Shown here in pieces: positions 8,344 to 19,285 of a stretch of DNA of 64,000 nucleotides (within the stretch, counting starts at the first letter, position 1; each line of letters opens with the position of its first letter). This stretch comes from Burkholderiaceae bacterium (lineage in GTDB: Bacteria > Pseudomonadota > Gammaproteobacteria > Burkholderiales > Burkholderiaceae_E): positions 14,635 through 78,634 of the forward strand of contig JAJPES010000012.1 of assembly GCA_021166725.1 (NCBI GenBank), read 5' to 3'. A program made the position numbers and the translations under genes. The notes beneath the pieces are model-generated. The model was not told the origin of the DNA, did not search any database, and saw only the letters and a list, made by a program, of their open reading frames with translations.

Positions 8344-11300
8344 TCACCGGGCGGCGCGGCCGCGGCGCGCGACCCAGCGCGCGGAGCGGTCGAAGGCGAG
8401 GTAGACGACGGGCGTGGTGAACAGCGTCAGCACCTGGCTGAGCAGCAGGCCGCCCACCATCGTGACGCCCAGCGGATGCCGAAGCTCGGAGCCCACGCCG
8501 GTGCCGAGCATCAGCGGCAGCGCCGACAGCAGCGCGGCGAGCGTGGTCATCAGGATCGGCCGGAAACGCAGCAGCGCCGCCTGGTAGATCGCTTCGCGCG
8601 GCGGCTTGCCTTCGATGCGTTCCGCGTCGAGCGCGAAGTCGATCATCAGGATCGCGTTCTTCTTCACGATGCCGATCAGCAGCACGATGCCGATCACGGC
8701 GACGATGCCGAGGTCGTTGCCCGACAGCATCAGCGCGAGCAGCGCGCCCACTCCCGCCGACGGCAGCGTCGAGAGGATCGTGATCGGGTGCACGTAGCTC
8801 TCGTAGAGCACGCCCAGCACGATGTACATCGTGACGAGCGCCGCGAGGATCAGCAGCACGGTACTGTCGAGCGAGGCCTGGAAGGCGAGCGCCGCGCCCT
8901 GGAAGCCGGTCTGCACGCTCGCCGGCAGCCCCAGCTCGCGCTCGGCAGCGTGCACCGCTTCGACCGCTTCGCCCAGCGACACGCCCGGCGCGAGGTTGAA
9001 CGAGATCGTCGCCGACGGGAACTGCCCGAGATGGTGGATCGCGAGCATCGCCGGCCGCTCGACGACGTGCGCGATGCTCGACAGCGGCACCAGCGTGCCG
9101 TCGCGGCCGGTGACGCGGATCGCCGCGACGGCAGCGGGGCTCGATGAGTATTGCGGCTCCACCTCGAGCACGACGCGATACTGGTTCGCCTGCGTGAAGA
9201 TCGTCGACACCTGGCGCTGGCCGAACGCGGTGTACAGCGCCTGGTCGATCGTCGCCATCGAAACGCCCAGGCGCGCGGCGGCGTCGCGGTCGATCTCGAC
9301 GTACGCCTGCAGGCCGTTGTCCTGCAGGTCGCTGGCTACGTCGACGAGCTGCGGCAGTGCGCGCAGGCGCTCGACCAGGCGAGGAACCCACAGCGCGAGC
9401 CGCTGCGGATCGGGCTCTTCCAGCGTGAACTGGAACTGCGTGCGCGCCAGGCGATCCTCGATCGTGAGGTCCTGCACCGGCTGCAGGTACAGCGTGATGC
9501 CCGGCACTCCGGCCACGCGCTGCTGCAGGCGGCGGATGACGCCGACCGCGTCGAGATCGCGCTCGGCACGCGGCTTCAGGTCGATCAGCATGCGGCCCGT
9601 GTTCAGCGTGGGGTTCGCGCCGTCGACGCCGATGAACGACGTGAGGCTGTGCACCGCCGGGTCCTGCAGGATCGTGCGCGCGAGCTCGCGCTGGCGCTCG
9701 GCCATCGCCGGGAACGAGATCGACTGGCGCGCCTCGGAGACTCCCTGCAGCAGGCCGGTGTCCTGCACCGGGAAGAAGCCCTTCGGCACGACCAGGTACA
9801 GCAGCACGGTGAGCACGAGCGTGCCCACCGCGACGAGCAGCGTCGCCAACTGATGGTCGAGCACCCATGACAACCAGCGGCCGTAGCCGGCGACCAGTCG
9901 GTCGAACCAGCCGGCGCGGCGTGCCGCGGCCCCGCCTGCGCCTGCGGCGTCGTCGCCGCGAACGCCTGCGGCGTCGGCGGTGTCCTCGCCACGCCTGGCG
10001 CCGCGCAGCAGCCTCGCGCACATCATCGGCGTGAGCGTCAGCGACACGAAGGCCGAGATCAGGATCGCCACTGCCAGCGTGATCGCGAACTCGCGGAACA
10101 GCCGTCCGACGACTTCGCGCATGAACAGCAGCGGGATCAGCACCGCGATCAGCGACACCGTCAGCGACACGATCGTGAAGGCGATCTGCTTCGATCCCTT
10201 CAGCGCCGCCTCCAGCGGCGAGTCGCCTTCCTCGCGAAAGCGCGCGACGTTTTCGATCATCACGATCGCGTCGTCGACGACGAAACCGGTGGCGATGGTC
10301 AGCGCCATCAGCGTGAGGTTGTTCAGCGAGAAGCCGGCGAGGTACATCACGCCGAAGGTGCCGACCAGCGACAGCGGCACCGCCACCGCCGGGATGATGG
10401 TGGCCGGCACGCTGCGCAGGAACAGGAAGATCACCATCACGACCAGCGCGATGGCGAGCATCAGTTCGAACTGCACCGCGTCCACCGAAGCGCGGATCGT
10501 CACCGTGCGGTCACTGAGCACCTGCAGTTCGGCGGCGCCGGGCAGCGACGCACGCAGCGACGGCAGCAGCGCGTGCACGCGGTCGGCCACCTCGATCACG
10601 TTCGAGCCCGGCTGGCGCTGGATGTTCAGCACGATCGCCGGCTCGTCGTTCGCCCACGCGGCGAGCTGCGTGTTCTCCGCGCCTTCGTCGATGCGGGCGA
10701 CGTCCGACAGGCGCAGCGGCGCGCCGTCGCGGTAGGCGAGCACGAGTGCGCGGTAGCCTTCGACCGCGCGGATCTGGTCGTTCGCGTCGATCGTCGCCGA
10801 GCGCTGCGGGCCGTCGAAGCTGCCTTTCGCCTGGTTCGAGTTGGCCGCGACGATCGCCGCGCGCACGTCTTCCACCGATAGTCCGGCGGCTGCGAGCGCC
10901 AGCGGGTCGATGCGCACGCGCATCGCCGGGCGCTGCCCGCCGCTGATGGACACGAGGCCGACGCCGGCCAGCTGCGAGATCTTCTGCGCGATGCGCGTCT
11001 CGACGAGATCCTGCAGGCGGGTGAGCGGAATCGTCTTCGACGTGATGCCCAGCGTGATCACCGGCGCGTCGGCCGGGTTCACCTTGCTGTAGATCGGCGG
11101 AGCGGGCAGGTCGTTGGGCAGCATCGACGTCGCCGCGTTGATCGCCGCCTGCACCTGCTGCTCGGCGACGTCGAGCGCCAGTGCGAGATCGAATTGCAGC
11201 GTGACGACCGATGCGCCGCCGGAGCTCGTCGACGACATCTGCTTCAGGCCCGGCATCTGGCCGAACTGCCGCTCGAGCGGTGCGGTGACCGACGAGGCCA

Positions 11301-11475
11301 TCACCTCGGGGCTGGCGCCGGGATACAGCGTCGTGATCTGGATCGTGGGGTAGTCGACTTCGGGCAGCGCCGACAGCGGCAGCAGCCGGTAGCCGACCAG
11401 TCCGGCGAGCAGGATCGCGACCATCAGCAGCGTGGTCGCGACCGGGCGAAGGATGAACGGACGCGAAGGATTCAA
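8344..11475 (-). CDS. mdtB: MdtB/MuxB RND efflux permease
   Basis: TTG start giving (M)[17 protein letters not shown], the canonical MdtB N-terminus; [19 protein letters not shown]; the upstream extension in the ORF track is spurious. Confidence 0.92.
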   Translation of the reverse strand: MNPSRPFILRPVATTLLMVAILLAGLVGYRLLPLSALPEVDYPTIQITTLYPGASPEVMASSVTAPLERQFGQMPGLKQMSSTSSGGASVVTLQFDLALALDVAEQQVQAAINAATSMLPNDLPAPPIYSKVNPADAPVITLGITSKTIPLTRLQDLVETRIAQKISQLAGVGLVSISGGQRPAMRVRIDPLALAAAGLSVEDVRAAIVAANSNQAKGSFDGPQRSATIDANDQIRAVEGYRALVLAYRDGAPLRLSDVARIDEGAENTQLAAWANDEPAIVLNIQRQPGSNVIEVADRVHALLPSLRASLPGAAELQVLSDRTVTIRASVDAVQFELMLAIALVVMVIFLFLRSVPATIIPAVAVPLSLVGTFGVMYLAGFSLNNLTLMALTIATGFVVDDAIVMIENVARFREEGDSPLEAALKGSKQIAFTIVSLTVSLIAVLIPLLFMREVVGRLFREFAITLAVAILISAFVSLTLTPMMCARLLRGARRGEDTADAAGVRGDDAAGAGGAAARRAGWFDRLVAGYGRWLSWVLDHQLATLLVAVGTLVLTVLLYLVVPKGFFPVQDTGLLQGVSEARQSISFPAMAERQRELARTILQDPAVHSLTSFIGVDGANPTLNTGRMLIDLKPRAERDLDAVGVIRRLQQRVAGVPGITLYLQPVQDLTIEDRLARTQFQFTLEEPDPQRLALWVPRLVERLRALPQLVDVASDLQDNGLQAYVEIDRDAAARLGVSMATIDQALYTAFGQRQVSTIFTQANQYRVVLEVEPQYSSSPAAVAAIRVTGRDGTLVPLSSIAHVVERPAMLAIHHLGQFPSATISFNLAPGVSLGEAVEAVHAAERELGLPASVQTGFQGAALAFQASLDSTVLLILAALVTMYIVLGVLYESYVHPITILSTLPSAGVGALLALMLSGNDLGIVAVIGIVLLIGIVKKNAILMIDFALDAERIEGKPPREAIYQAALLRFRPILMTTLAALLSALPLMLGTGVGSELRHPLGVTMVGGLLLSQVLTLFTTPVVYLAFDRSARWVARRGRAAR

Positions 11476-11519
11476 CGGCGGGCCGCTCCCGAGAACGCGT
11501 GACGCGCGGTTGCGCTTCG

Positions 11520-12842
11520 TCAGGACCGCCTGCCCGCCGTTCGGCGTCGCGGCTCGCCCGGCTGCGTTGCCGCGCGCTCGGCGGCTTCCTTGTCGATCGG
11601 TTCGACGCGCGCGCCGTCGCGCAGGTTGTCCACGCCGTCGACGACGACGCGCTCGCCCACCGACACGCCTTCGCGCACGACTACGCGCTGGCCGTCGGCG
11701 GGGCCGAGCGAAACGGGACGCAGCGCGACCGTGTCGCCTTGCTGCACGACATAGACGTAGGCGCCGGGCGCGCCGCGCTGCACCGCCGCGCTCGGAATCA
11801 CGGTGGCGCCTTCGAGGGTGTCGATCTCCACGCGCACGTTGACGAACTGGTTCGGGAACAGCGCCATGTCGGCGTTGGCGAACTCGGCCTTCATCTTCAG
11901 CGTGCCGGTGGTCGTGTCGATCTGTTTGTCGAGCGTCGTGAGCCGGCCGCTGGCCAGCACTTCGCGCTGGTCGCGGGCGAGCGCCTCGACCTTCATCTCG
12001 CGACCGGCGCGATAGCGCTCGAGGATCGGTGCCAGGTCCTTCTCGGCGATCGAGAAGGTGACGCCGATCGGCTGGATCTGCGTGATCGTCACGATCCCGT
12101 TCGTGTCGCCCGCGCGCACCAGGTTGCCCGCGTCCACCAGACGCAGGCCGAGCCGGCCGGCGAAGGGCGCGGTGATGCGCGTGTAGCCGAGTTGCAGCCG
12201 CGCGTTGTCCACCTGCGCCTGGTCGGTCTTCAGCGCGCCCTCGTACTGCCGCACGAGCGCGGCCTGCGTGTCGAGCTGCTGTGCACTGGCCGCGTCCTGG
12301 CGTACCAGCGTACGGTAGCGCTCGAGGTCGACCTTCGCGTTCTCCAGCAGCGCCCGGTCGCGCGCGAGCTGGCCCTGCGCCTGCGCCAGCTGCACTTCGA
12401 AGGGCCGCGGGTCGATCTCGGCGAGAAGCTCTCCCGCCTTGACCAGCTGTCCTTCGCGGAAGGCGACGCGCAGCAGCTGGCCGTCGACCTGCGGTCGCAC
12501 GACGACCGTGCGCAACGACGTGACGGTACCGAGCGCATCGCGAACGACCGGCACGTTCTCGCTCGCCGCGGCAACGACGGTGACCGGGAGCACGCGCGCC
12601 GCTTCGCTGCCGCGCGGGCCGCCGCCGGAGCCGCGACGCGCCCCCGGCGAGGCGGTTGCGGCGGCGCCGGCAGCGGGCGAAGTCGAAGCAGGGGACGCGG
12701 AGTCGCGCTGCTGCCACCGCCACCAGCCGAGCGCTCCGAGCAGCAGCAGGACGAGAACCAGCAGCACCGCCGGCCACGCCCGCTGCGCGGGCACGTCGCG
12801 CGGGCGCGGGTCGGTCGCGCGATCGTCGGGAGCGTCGGGCAT
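11520..12842 (-). CDS. mdtA: MdtA/MuxA membrane fusion (periplasmic adaptor) protein
   Basis: N-terminal [56 protein letters not shown]. Confidence 0.9.
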   Translation of the reverse strand: MPDAPDDRATDPRPRDVPAQRAWPAVLLVLVLLLLGALGWWRWQQRDSASPASTSPAAGAAATASPGARRGSGGGPRGSEAARVLPVTVVAAASENVPVVRDALGTVTSLRTVVVRPQVDGQLLRVAFREGQLVKAGELLAEIDPRPFEVQLAQAQGQLARDRALLENAKVDLERYRTLVRQDAASAQQLDTQAALVRQYEGALKTDQAQVDNARLQLGYTRITAPFAGRLGLRLVDAGNLVRAGDTNGIVTITQIQPIGVTFSIAEKDLAPILERYRAGREMKVEALARDQREVLASGRLTTLDKQIDTTTGTLKMKAEFANADMALFPNQFVNVRVEIDTLEGATVIPSAAVQRGAPGAYVYVVQQGDTVALRPVSLGPADGQRVVVREGVSVGERVVVDGVDNLRDGARVEPIDKEAAERAATQPGEPRRRTAGRRS

Positions 12843-12926
12843 CGGGCGAGGGGTCTCGTGCGTCTGCAGCCGGGTTGTCTGCGTGGCAGAATCCTCGATG
12901 GTACGTCGTGCCGGCAGCGGAGCAAG

Positions 12927-14447
12927 ATGATGAATCTGGCGCACTGGCTCGAGCGCAGCGCGGCCGTCTTCGGCGATCGGCCTGCGCTCGCGTCGGGCCG
13001 TTCGGTCGCCGCCGGCTATCGGCATTTTGCGCAGTCGGCCGCACGCGGCGCGCAATGGCTGGCCGAGCAGGGATTGCAGCCCGGCGACCGCGTCGGCCTG
13101 TTCCTCGGCAACCACCCCGACTACCTGCGCCTGCTGTGGAGCGTGTGGTGGGCCGGAATGATCGCCGTACCGATCAACGCGCGCCTGCACGGCAGCGAAG
13201 CGGCGTTCATGCTGTCCGACTGCGCGGCCACGCTGTGCTTCGTCGATCCCAGCCACGCCGATGCGCTCTCCGGCTTCGTTCCCGGCGCCTGCCGCGTCAT
13301 CGACGAGCACGGCTTCCTCGACGACCGCTCGCTCGCGCAGGCGCCGGTGGCGGCGCGCAGCGAGGACGACGACGCGTGGCTCTTCTACACCAGCGGCACC
13401 ACCGGCAAGCCGAAGGGCGTGCGCCTGAGCGTGCGCAACCTGCGCTGGGCGACGATGGGCTACCTCGCCGAGGTGCAGGCGGTCGCGCCGGGCGACAGCT
13501 GCCTGCATCCGGCGCCGCTGTCGCACGGCTCGGGCATCTATCACCTGCCCTACGTGCTGTGCGGCGGCGTCAACGCGATCCCTTCGTCGGGCGGTTTCGA
13601 CGGCGCCGAGATCGCGTCGCTCGCCGCGCATTGGCGCAACGCATCGTTCTTCGCCGCGCCGACGATGGTGCGGCGCCTGGTCGATTGGGCGCGCCGGCAG
13701 ACGGCGCCGATCGACGGGCTCGCCACCATCGTCTACGGCGGCGGCCCGATGTACCTGGCCGACCTGCTCGAGGCGCGCGAAGTGCTCGGCCCGCACCTGG
13801 CGCAGATCTACGGGCAGGGCGAGAGCCCGATGACCATCACCGTGCTGCCGAAGCACGTGATCGAAGACCGCGAACATCCGCGCCGGATGGAGCGGCTGGC
13901 GTCGGTGGGCTACGCGCAGCCGATGGTGGAAGTCGCGATCCACGCCGACGACGGCACGCCGCTGGCCGTCGGCGAGCCCGGCGAAGTGTGCGTTCGCGGC
14001 GAAGTGGTGATGAAGGGCTACTGGGAGAAGCCGCACGCCACGGCCGAGGCGATCCGCGACGGATGGCTGCGCACCGGCGACATCGGTCGACTGGACGACG
14101 ACGGCTTCCTCACGCTGCTCGATCGCAGCCGCGATCTCATCATCAGCGGCGGCACGAACATCTATCCGCGCGAGGTCGAGGAGGCGCTGCTGCGCCATCC
14201 GAGCGTCGCCGAGGCGAGCGTCATCGGCGTGCCGCATGCCGAATGGGGCGAGACCGTGGTGGCCTGGGTAGTGACGAGCGCGCCGGTCAGCGAGGCCGAA
14301 CTCGACGCGCATTGCCTGGACAGCATCGCGCGCTTCAAGCGGCCGCGCCGCTACCGGTTCGTCGAGTCGCTGCCGAAGAACAATTACGGAAAGGTGCTCA
14401 AGACCGAGTTGCGCGAGCGCGAAGCGGCGCTGCCGGCCGAGGGTTGA
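12927..14447 (+). CDS. AMP-binding acyl-CoA synthetase/ligase
   Basis: [51 protein letters not shown]. Confidence 0.9.
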   Translation: MMNLAHWLERSAAVFGDRPALASGRSVAAGYRHFAQSAARGAQWLAEQGLQPGDRVGLFLGNHPDYLRLLWSVWWAGMIAVPINARLHGSEAAFMLSDCAATLCFVDPSHADALSGFVPGACRVIDEHGFLDDRSLAQAPVAARSEDDDAWLFYTSGTTGKPKGVRLSVRNLRWATMGYLAEVQAVAPGDSCLHPAPLSHGSGIYHLPYVLCGGVNAIPSSGGFDGAEIASLAAHWRNASFFAAPTMVRRLVDWARRQTAPIDGLATIVYGGGPMYLADLLEAREVLGPHLAQIYGQGESPMTITVLPKHVIEDREHPRRMERLASVGYAQPMVEVAIHADDGTPLAVGEPGEVCVRGEVVMKGYWEKPHATAEAIRDGWLRTGDIGRLDDDGFLTLLDRSRDLIISGGTNIYPREVEEALLRHPSVAEASVIGVPHAEWGETVVAWVVTSAPVSEAELDAHCLDSIARFKRPRRYRFVESLPKNNYGKVLKTELREREAALPAEG

Positions 14448-14509
14448 GCGAGGAAGCGCTGCAGCGGCGTGCGCTTGGGCGCGCTGCTCGCGCCGCGACG
14501 CCCGGGTTC

Positions 14510-15226
14510 TCAGCCCACGTGCTTCGCGAAGAACTCCAGCGTCCGCTGTCGCGCGAGCGCGGATGCAGGCGCATCGTACGAAGCGCGCTGGTCGCAGTTG
14601 AAGCCGTGTCCTGCGTCGTAGAAATGCCCTGCGGCCGACGGATGCGCCTGCAGTACCGATCTTGCCTGCTCCGGAGACGGCGTGCGGTCGCGCTTGCCGA
14701 AATGGCAGAGCACGTGACACTTCGGCTGTTCGCCGACGAAGCTCGCGATGTTGCCCCCGTAGTACACGACCGCGCAGGCCAGGCCCTGGACGCGCGCGGC
14801 GGCCACCCAGGACATGGTGCCGCCCCAGCAGTAACCGACGATCCCCACGCGGCCGGCCGCCCCCGGCGCGGCGTCGCTGCCCGCGCCCGCGCCGCCCGCA
14901 CCCGCCCCGCTCGCCACCTTCACCGTGGCGGCGAGGTCTCTCATCACGTCATCGACGCCGGCCTTCTGCGCCAGCGCGCGTCCGGCCTTGATGTCCTCGT
15001 CGTCGTAGCCGCGCTCGAAGCCCGGTTGCACGCGATCGAACAGCGCCGGTGCGATCGCGTGATAACCGTCGGCCGCGAAGCCGTCGGCGATCGAGCGGAT
15101 GTGGCTGTTGACGCCGAAGATCTCCTGGATGACGACGATTGCGCCGCGCGCGGGCTTGTCCGGCGTGGCTTCCCAGGCGGGCAGGCGATACCCGTCTTCG
15201 GAGATCACTTCGATCCAGCGTCCCAT
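14510..15226 (-). CDS. Dienelactone hydrolase family protein
   Basis: QEIFGVN, GYCWGG nucleophile elbow, AGHGFNCD. Confidence 0.92.
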   Translation of the reverse strand: MGRWIEVISEDGYRLPAWEATPDKPARGAIVVIQEIFGVNSHIRSIADGFAADGYHAIAPALFDRVQPGFERGYDDEDIKAGRALAQKAGVDDVMRDLAATVKVASGAGAGGAGAGSDAAPGAAGRVGIVGYCWGGTMSWVAAARVQGLACAVVYYGGNIASFVGEQPKCHVLCHFGKRDRTPSPEQARSVLQAHPSAAGHFYDAGHGFNCDQRASYDAPASALARQRTLEFFAKHVG

Positions 15227-15253
15227 CGCGTCCTCCTGCGTGGCAAGAGCCTC

Positions 15254-16099
15254 CTAGAAAAGCACCGAGCTGAGTCGGCGCCGCCATTCGGAAACGAGCT
15301 GCGGCTGCGCGGCCGCCTTCTCGAAACCCTCGATCATCGTCCTGCGGCCGACGTCGTCGCCGAACGCGCGGTCGCGGCGGACGATCTCGAGCAGCTGCTC
15401 GAAGGCCGGCGCCCAGTGCTTCTGCTCGATGTAGTGCTGCGCGAGCTCGAGCCGGGCAGCGAGGTCGCCCGGATCGTTGGCGACGCGATCGAGCAAGTCT
15501 TCGGACGGCGGCTGGAGACTCTCCTGCTGCTCGCGCTGCGCGCGCTCGATCAGTGCGACGACCTGCGGATCCTGCCGCGCGGCAGGCGAGACCAGCTCGA
15601 GCTGCGCATGCGCCGCGCCCGGATCCTTCTGCTGCAGCAGCAGCTGGGCATACATCAGCCGCGCGTTGTCGTTGCCGGCGTCCAGCGCGATCGCCTTCTT
15701 CAGGTGCTGCTCGGCCGCTTCGACCTCGCCGCGTTCGATCGCCTGCAGCGCCTGCTCGACCTCGGCGTCGCCCGGGTTGGGCAGCAGCCGGTCGATGAAC
15801 TCGCGCAACTGCGTCTCGGGCACGACGCCCTGGAACTGGTCGACCGGCTGGCCGTTGACGATGCCGAAGACGGTCGGGATCGAGCGGATGCGGAAATGCT
15901 GTGCGAGCTCCGGCTGCGCGTCGGTGTCGACCTTCACCAGCACGAAGCGGCCGCCGTATTGCTGCTCGAGCCGCTCGAGCATCGGACCGAGCGTCTTGCA
16001 CGGGCCGCACCACGGCGCCCAGAAGTCGAGCACGACCGGCGTGCGCATCGACGTGTCGAGCACGTCGGCCTGGAATCGTTCGATCGTCGTCTCGATCAT
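15254..16099 (-). CDS. cnoX: Thioredoxin-TPR chaperedoxin (CnoX/YbbN family)
   Basis: DFWAPWCGPCK thioredoxin domain, TPR-like helices, C-terminal WRRRLSSVLF. Confidence 0.85.
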   Translation of the reverse strand: MIETTIERFQADVLDTSMRTPVVLDFWAPWCGPCKTLGPMLERLEQQYGGRFVLVKVDTDAQPELAQHFRIRSIPTVFGIVNGQPVDQFQGVVPETQLREFIDRLLPNPGDAEVEQALQAIERGEVEAAEQHLKKAIALDAGNDNARLMYAQLLLQQKDPGAAHAQLELVSPAARQDPQVVALIERAQREQQESLQPPSEDLLDRVANDPGDLAARLELAQHYIEQKHWAPAFEQLLEIVRRDRAFGDDVGRRTMIEGFEKAAAQPQLVSEWRRRLSSVLF

Positions 16100-16136
16100 C
16101 GTCGTCGTCCGTGAAACGTGCGCATGCGCTGCGACA

Positions 16137-16607
16137 TCATTGCGACACGCGGGTCGTGCCGCGTGCCGGGTCGGTGATGATGCGAACTCGCTGCCCCGGC
16201 GCGAACTGCTCGCCGCCGGCCTCCTGGACCACGGCGAAGGTGTTCCCGCTGTCGGTGCGCACGGTGATCTCGAGCGCTTGCCGGTTGCTCAGCGACTGCT
16301 CCGCATGACTGCCGAGCACCCCGCCGGCCACCGCGCCGAGCACGCCGGCGACGATGCTGCCCTTGCCGCCGCCGACGTTGGAGCCGGCCACGCCGCCGAC
16401 CACGGCTCCGGCGCCCGCGCCGACGTTCGTCGGCTGGTCGCGCTCGAGGCGTACTTCGCGGATCGCCTGGATGACGCCGGTCTGCACCTGCATCGGCCGG
16501 CGTGCCTCGCTGGCGGTGTACGTGTGCCCTGCGGTCGACGGCGCCGCGCAGCCGGCGAGCAGTGCGGCCGTGGCGACGAGCGCGCAGCCCACCATTTTGT
16601 AGCGCAT
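16137..16607 (-). CDS. slyB: Glycine-zipper 2TM outer membrane lipoprotein (SlyB/Pcp family)
   Basis: Lipobox LLAGC, GAVVGGVAGSNVGGGKG glycine zipper, EITVRTDSG..VVQ. Confidence 0.85.
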   Translation of the reverse strand: MRYKMVGCALVATAALLAGCAAPSTAGHTYTASEARRPMQVQTGVIQAIREVRLERDQPTNVGAGAGAVVGGVAGSNVGGGKGSIVAGVLGAVAGGVLGSHAEQSLSNRQALEITVRTDSGNTFAVVQEAGGEQFAPGQRVRIITDPARGTTRVSQ

Positions 16608-16743
16608 GCGAATTCCTTCCCTGCTCGAGAGAAATCGTTGATTCGGAAAGCCGATTATGTCAGGCGCCGCCGCGGGGGCGCGCAGCAGCCCCGCGGCGGG
16701 TCGCGTCGCGCTGCGCGACGATGGTGAAGCCTGCGCGCCGACG

Positions 16744-16986
16744 CTACGGAACTGCGCTGGATACGGAGACTGCGGTGGCGGCCGCAGGCGCGGCGGCGAG
16801 CACCGACGCTTCGCGCAGCTCGGAGCCGGCCATCACGAGGCCGAGAACGAGCGCGATCGGCGCGGCGGCCTGCGCACAGGCGTAGAGGAACTGGTTGCGG
16901 GTTTCGCGGTTGCGGAGAAACGCAAGGAAGATCGTATCGACCGGGCGCCTTGCGTTGTCCCCGTGCTGGGAAGCACGGATCGACAT
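16744..16986 (-). CDS. Small hypothetical membrane protein (80 aa)
   Basis: GAGGT RBS before ATG 16986; one hydrophobic segment (PIALVLGLVMAG); extended -10 TGGTATGAT about 85 bp upstream. Confidence 0.45.
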   Translation of the reverse strand: MSIRASQHGDNARRPVDTIFLAFLRNRETRNQFLYACAQAAAPIALVLGLVMAGSELREASVLAAAPAAATAVSVSSAVP

Positions 16987-17180
16987 GGGGACACCTCTGG
17001 AGAGAGACGGCCGCGGCAACCTTCACCGGCGCGAACCCGAGCCGGCTCGTCAGGGCTGCGACCTGTTGTAATCATACCACAGCCGCTTCCATCCACGGCC
17101 TTCACGCCCCAAGCGACGGCAGCTGCCCGCGTGCTGCACAATGGATGCAAGGCCCCGGCGCGACGGAGGTCGCCACCCCG

Positions 17181-17783
17181 ATGGAATCGCCGACTGCAAC
17201 AGTGAGCATCCTCGTGCTCGACGCGAGCGGCACGCCGCGTCGCTGGATCGGCATCGAGGACGCGGTCGGCTACTACTACAAGGAGCAGGTCGCCTGGGAC
17301 CTCGGCCGGCACGAGTTCACGCTGCACGGCGGAACCTGTCGAGCGACCGGCCTGCGCTCGATGCTCACGCTGCGCTCGATCGTCGCCGTGCGCGGCGATT
17401 CGTCGCGACGTACGCGTTTCCATCCGGTGCCCGCGCTGACGAGGGAGATGCTGTTCGCGCGCGACCGCTTCGTCTGCGCGTATTGCGGCGGGCGCTTCCG
17501 GCCCAGCGAACTGACCTGCGAGCACGTGAAGCCGCAGAGCCGCGGAGGCCGCGACACGTGGACGAACCTGGTCAGCGCCTGCAAGCCCTGCAACCTGCGC
17601 AAGGGGGATCGCACGCCCGAGCAGGCGCGCATGCCGCTGCTGTACGTGCCCTACGTGCCGAACCTGCACGAGGGCTTCATCCTGCGCAACCGGCGCATCC
17701 TGGCCGACCAGATGGAGTTCCTGATGGCCGGCGTGCCGCGGCACTCGCGCCTGCACGAGGCGGAGCAGAAGCTGCCGGCGTAG
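17181..17783 (+). CDS. HNH endonuclease (McrA-like, stand-alone)
   Basis: RDRFVCAYCG..LTCEHVKPQSRGGRDTWTNLVSACKPCNLRKG; GGAGGT RBS. Confidence 0.9.
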   Translation: MESPTATVSILVLDASGTPRRWIGIEDAVGYYYKEQVAWDLGRHEFTLHGGTCRATGLRSMLTLRSIVAVRGDSSRRTRFHPVPALTREMLFARDRFVCAYCGGRFRPSELTCEHVKPQSRGGRDTWTNLVSACKPCNLRKGDRTPEQARMPLLYVPYVPNLHEGFILRNRRILADQMEFLMAGVPRHSRLHEAEQKLPA

Positions 17784-17859
17784 CCTGCATCGCGCACGGC
17801 GTGCGCCTGGGGAATCGAGCTGCGCGCCGGCGAGATTGCGCCGCGTGGGCTGCGCTGCC

Positions 17860-18468
17860 TTACACGCCCAGCGTCGCCGCTTCGTCGCTGAGCGACGCGA
17901 TCGGCGGCCCTGCCGGGCTCGCTGCCGACTCGCGCAGCAGGCGCCGCACGAGTCGCGCAAGGCGCGCGTCGCGCACTCCGCGCGCCTCGAGCGCCTGCCA
18001 CGTATTGATCGCATATTCGCGATTCGCTCCCCGCCGCCCGCGGCACATCTGCAGGCGGCGCAGGATCTCGTCATCCGACAGGCGCGCGTAACTCGGCCGC
18101 GCACGATCCGCAGCAAAAGTGAGCGCCTGCACGCTCGTGCCGGTGCCAAGTCGCACTTCGGTGACGAACGCCCGGTACACGCGCGTCTCCCAATCGGGAA
18201 TCTCGCGTTCGTACAGATGGCGGATCGCATCTTCGCGGCTTTCGTCGCGCAGCCGATACGCGATGCCGACGCAACTGCCGCCGCGATCGAGACCCAGCAC
18301 GACGCCGGGTTCGTCTGCCGTGCCGCGGTAGCGCGTCGAGCTGACGCAGAACGAACGGTGCCAGCCGTGCAGGCGCGCGAGGCTCGCCTGCTCGTACTCG
18401 ATCTCCGGATTCCAGATCAGCGAGCCGTAGCCGAAGACCCAATCGACGTCGAAGGCGGGACTGCTCAT
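17860..18468 (-). CDS. chaC: Glutathione-specific gamma-glutamylcyclotransferase (ChaC family)
   Basis: WVFGYGSLIWNP, YRGT..PGVVLGL, LYERE, GANREY. Confidence 0.9.
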   Translation of the reverse strand: MSSPAFDVDWVFGYGSLIWNPEIEYEQASLARLHGWHRSFCVSSTRYRGTADEPGVVLGLDRGGSCVGIAYRLRDESREDAIRHLYEREIPDWETRVYRAFVTEVRLGTGTSVQALTFAADRARPSYARLSDDEILRRLQMCRGRRGANREYAINTWQALEARGVRDARLARLVRRLLRESAASPAGPPIASLSDEAATLGV

Positions 18469-18558
18469 TCTGCGGGCATGGTAGCGCGCGGCACGCGCGC
18501 GCTCGCCGCCGCGTGTCGGAAAAAGCGGTCGCGCGCCTTCCGCGGTGCTGCCTTTCGC

Positions 18559-19257
18559 CTACCGGATGCGCACGTCGATCGACGGCAGCCCGTCGACGGT
18601 GCCGTGCAGCCGGTCGCCGCGACCGACCGCCGCCACCCCCTCCGGCGTGCCCGTCATGATCAGGTCGCCCGGCGCGAGCGTCCATGCATTCGACAGGTGC
18701 TCGATCACCTCGCCGATGCTCCAGATCAGCTGCGAGATGTCGCTGCGCTGGCGCGGCTGGCCGTTGACCTCGAGCGCGATCGTCGCGTGAGCGATGTCGC
18801 CGGCGTCCTTCGCCGGCGTGATCGCGCCGACCGGCGCCGACTGGTCGAAGGCCTTGCCGATGCACCACGGACGGCCCTGCTTCTTCATGTCGGCCTGCAG
18901 GTCGCGGCGCGTCATGTCGAGGCCGACCGCATAGCCGTACACATGGCGCAGCGCGTCGGCGGCGCGAATCTGCCTGCCGCCTTCGCCGATGGCGACGACG
19001 AGTTCGATTTCGTGGTGCAGGTCCTTGGTGAGCGGCGGGTAGTCGATCTCGATCGCTTCGCCGGCGGGTGCCGGCACCACCGCGTCGGCCGGCTTCAGGA
19101 AGAAGAACGGCGGCTCGCGCCCGCTGAAGCCCATCTCCTGCGCATGCGCGGCGTAATTGCGGCCGACGCAATAGACGCGGCGCACGGGATAGCGCGCGTC
19201 GCTGCCGACGACGGGAAGCGACACGGTGGGAGTCGCCGGTACGACGTAGTTGCTCAA
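18559..19257 (-). CDS. Fumarylacetoacetate hydrolase family (probable fumarylpyruvate hydrolase)
   Basis: CVGRNYAAHAQEMG, HHEIELVVAIG, GLDMTRRDLQ, GDLIMTGTPEGV; directly downstream of gentisate dioxygenase. Confidence 0.9.
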   Translation of the reverse strand: MSNYVVPATPTVSLPVVGSDARYPVRRVYCVGRNYAAHAQEMGFSGREPPFFFLKPADAVVPAPAGEAIEIDYPPLTKDLHHEIELVVAIGEGGRQIRAADALRHVYGYAVGLDMTRRDLQADMKKQGRPWCIGKAFDQSAPVGAITPAKDAGDIAHATIALEVNGQPRQRSDISQLIWSIGEVIEHLSNAWTLAPGDLIMTGTPEGVAAVGRGDRLHGTVDGLPSIDVRIR

Positions 19258-19285
19258 GGGGTGCTCCTTGTCGATTCGCGGGTCT

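Noticed and set aside
8344-14720. Apparent giant MdtB (1566 aa), MdtA (1066 aa) and acyl-CoA ligase (982 aa) fusions
   Set aside because: The N-terminal extensions overlap other real genes and lack domain character, and canonical internal starts exist, unlike the MdtC-OMF junction
17063-17082. LexA SOS box upstream of the HNH gene
   Set aside because: Spacing is CTGT-N12-ACAG, not N8
17181-17783. HNH gene as an IscB/Cas9-like or restriction system
   Set aside because: Only 200 aa, no RuvC motifs, and no adjacent methylase, array or evident guide RNA
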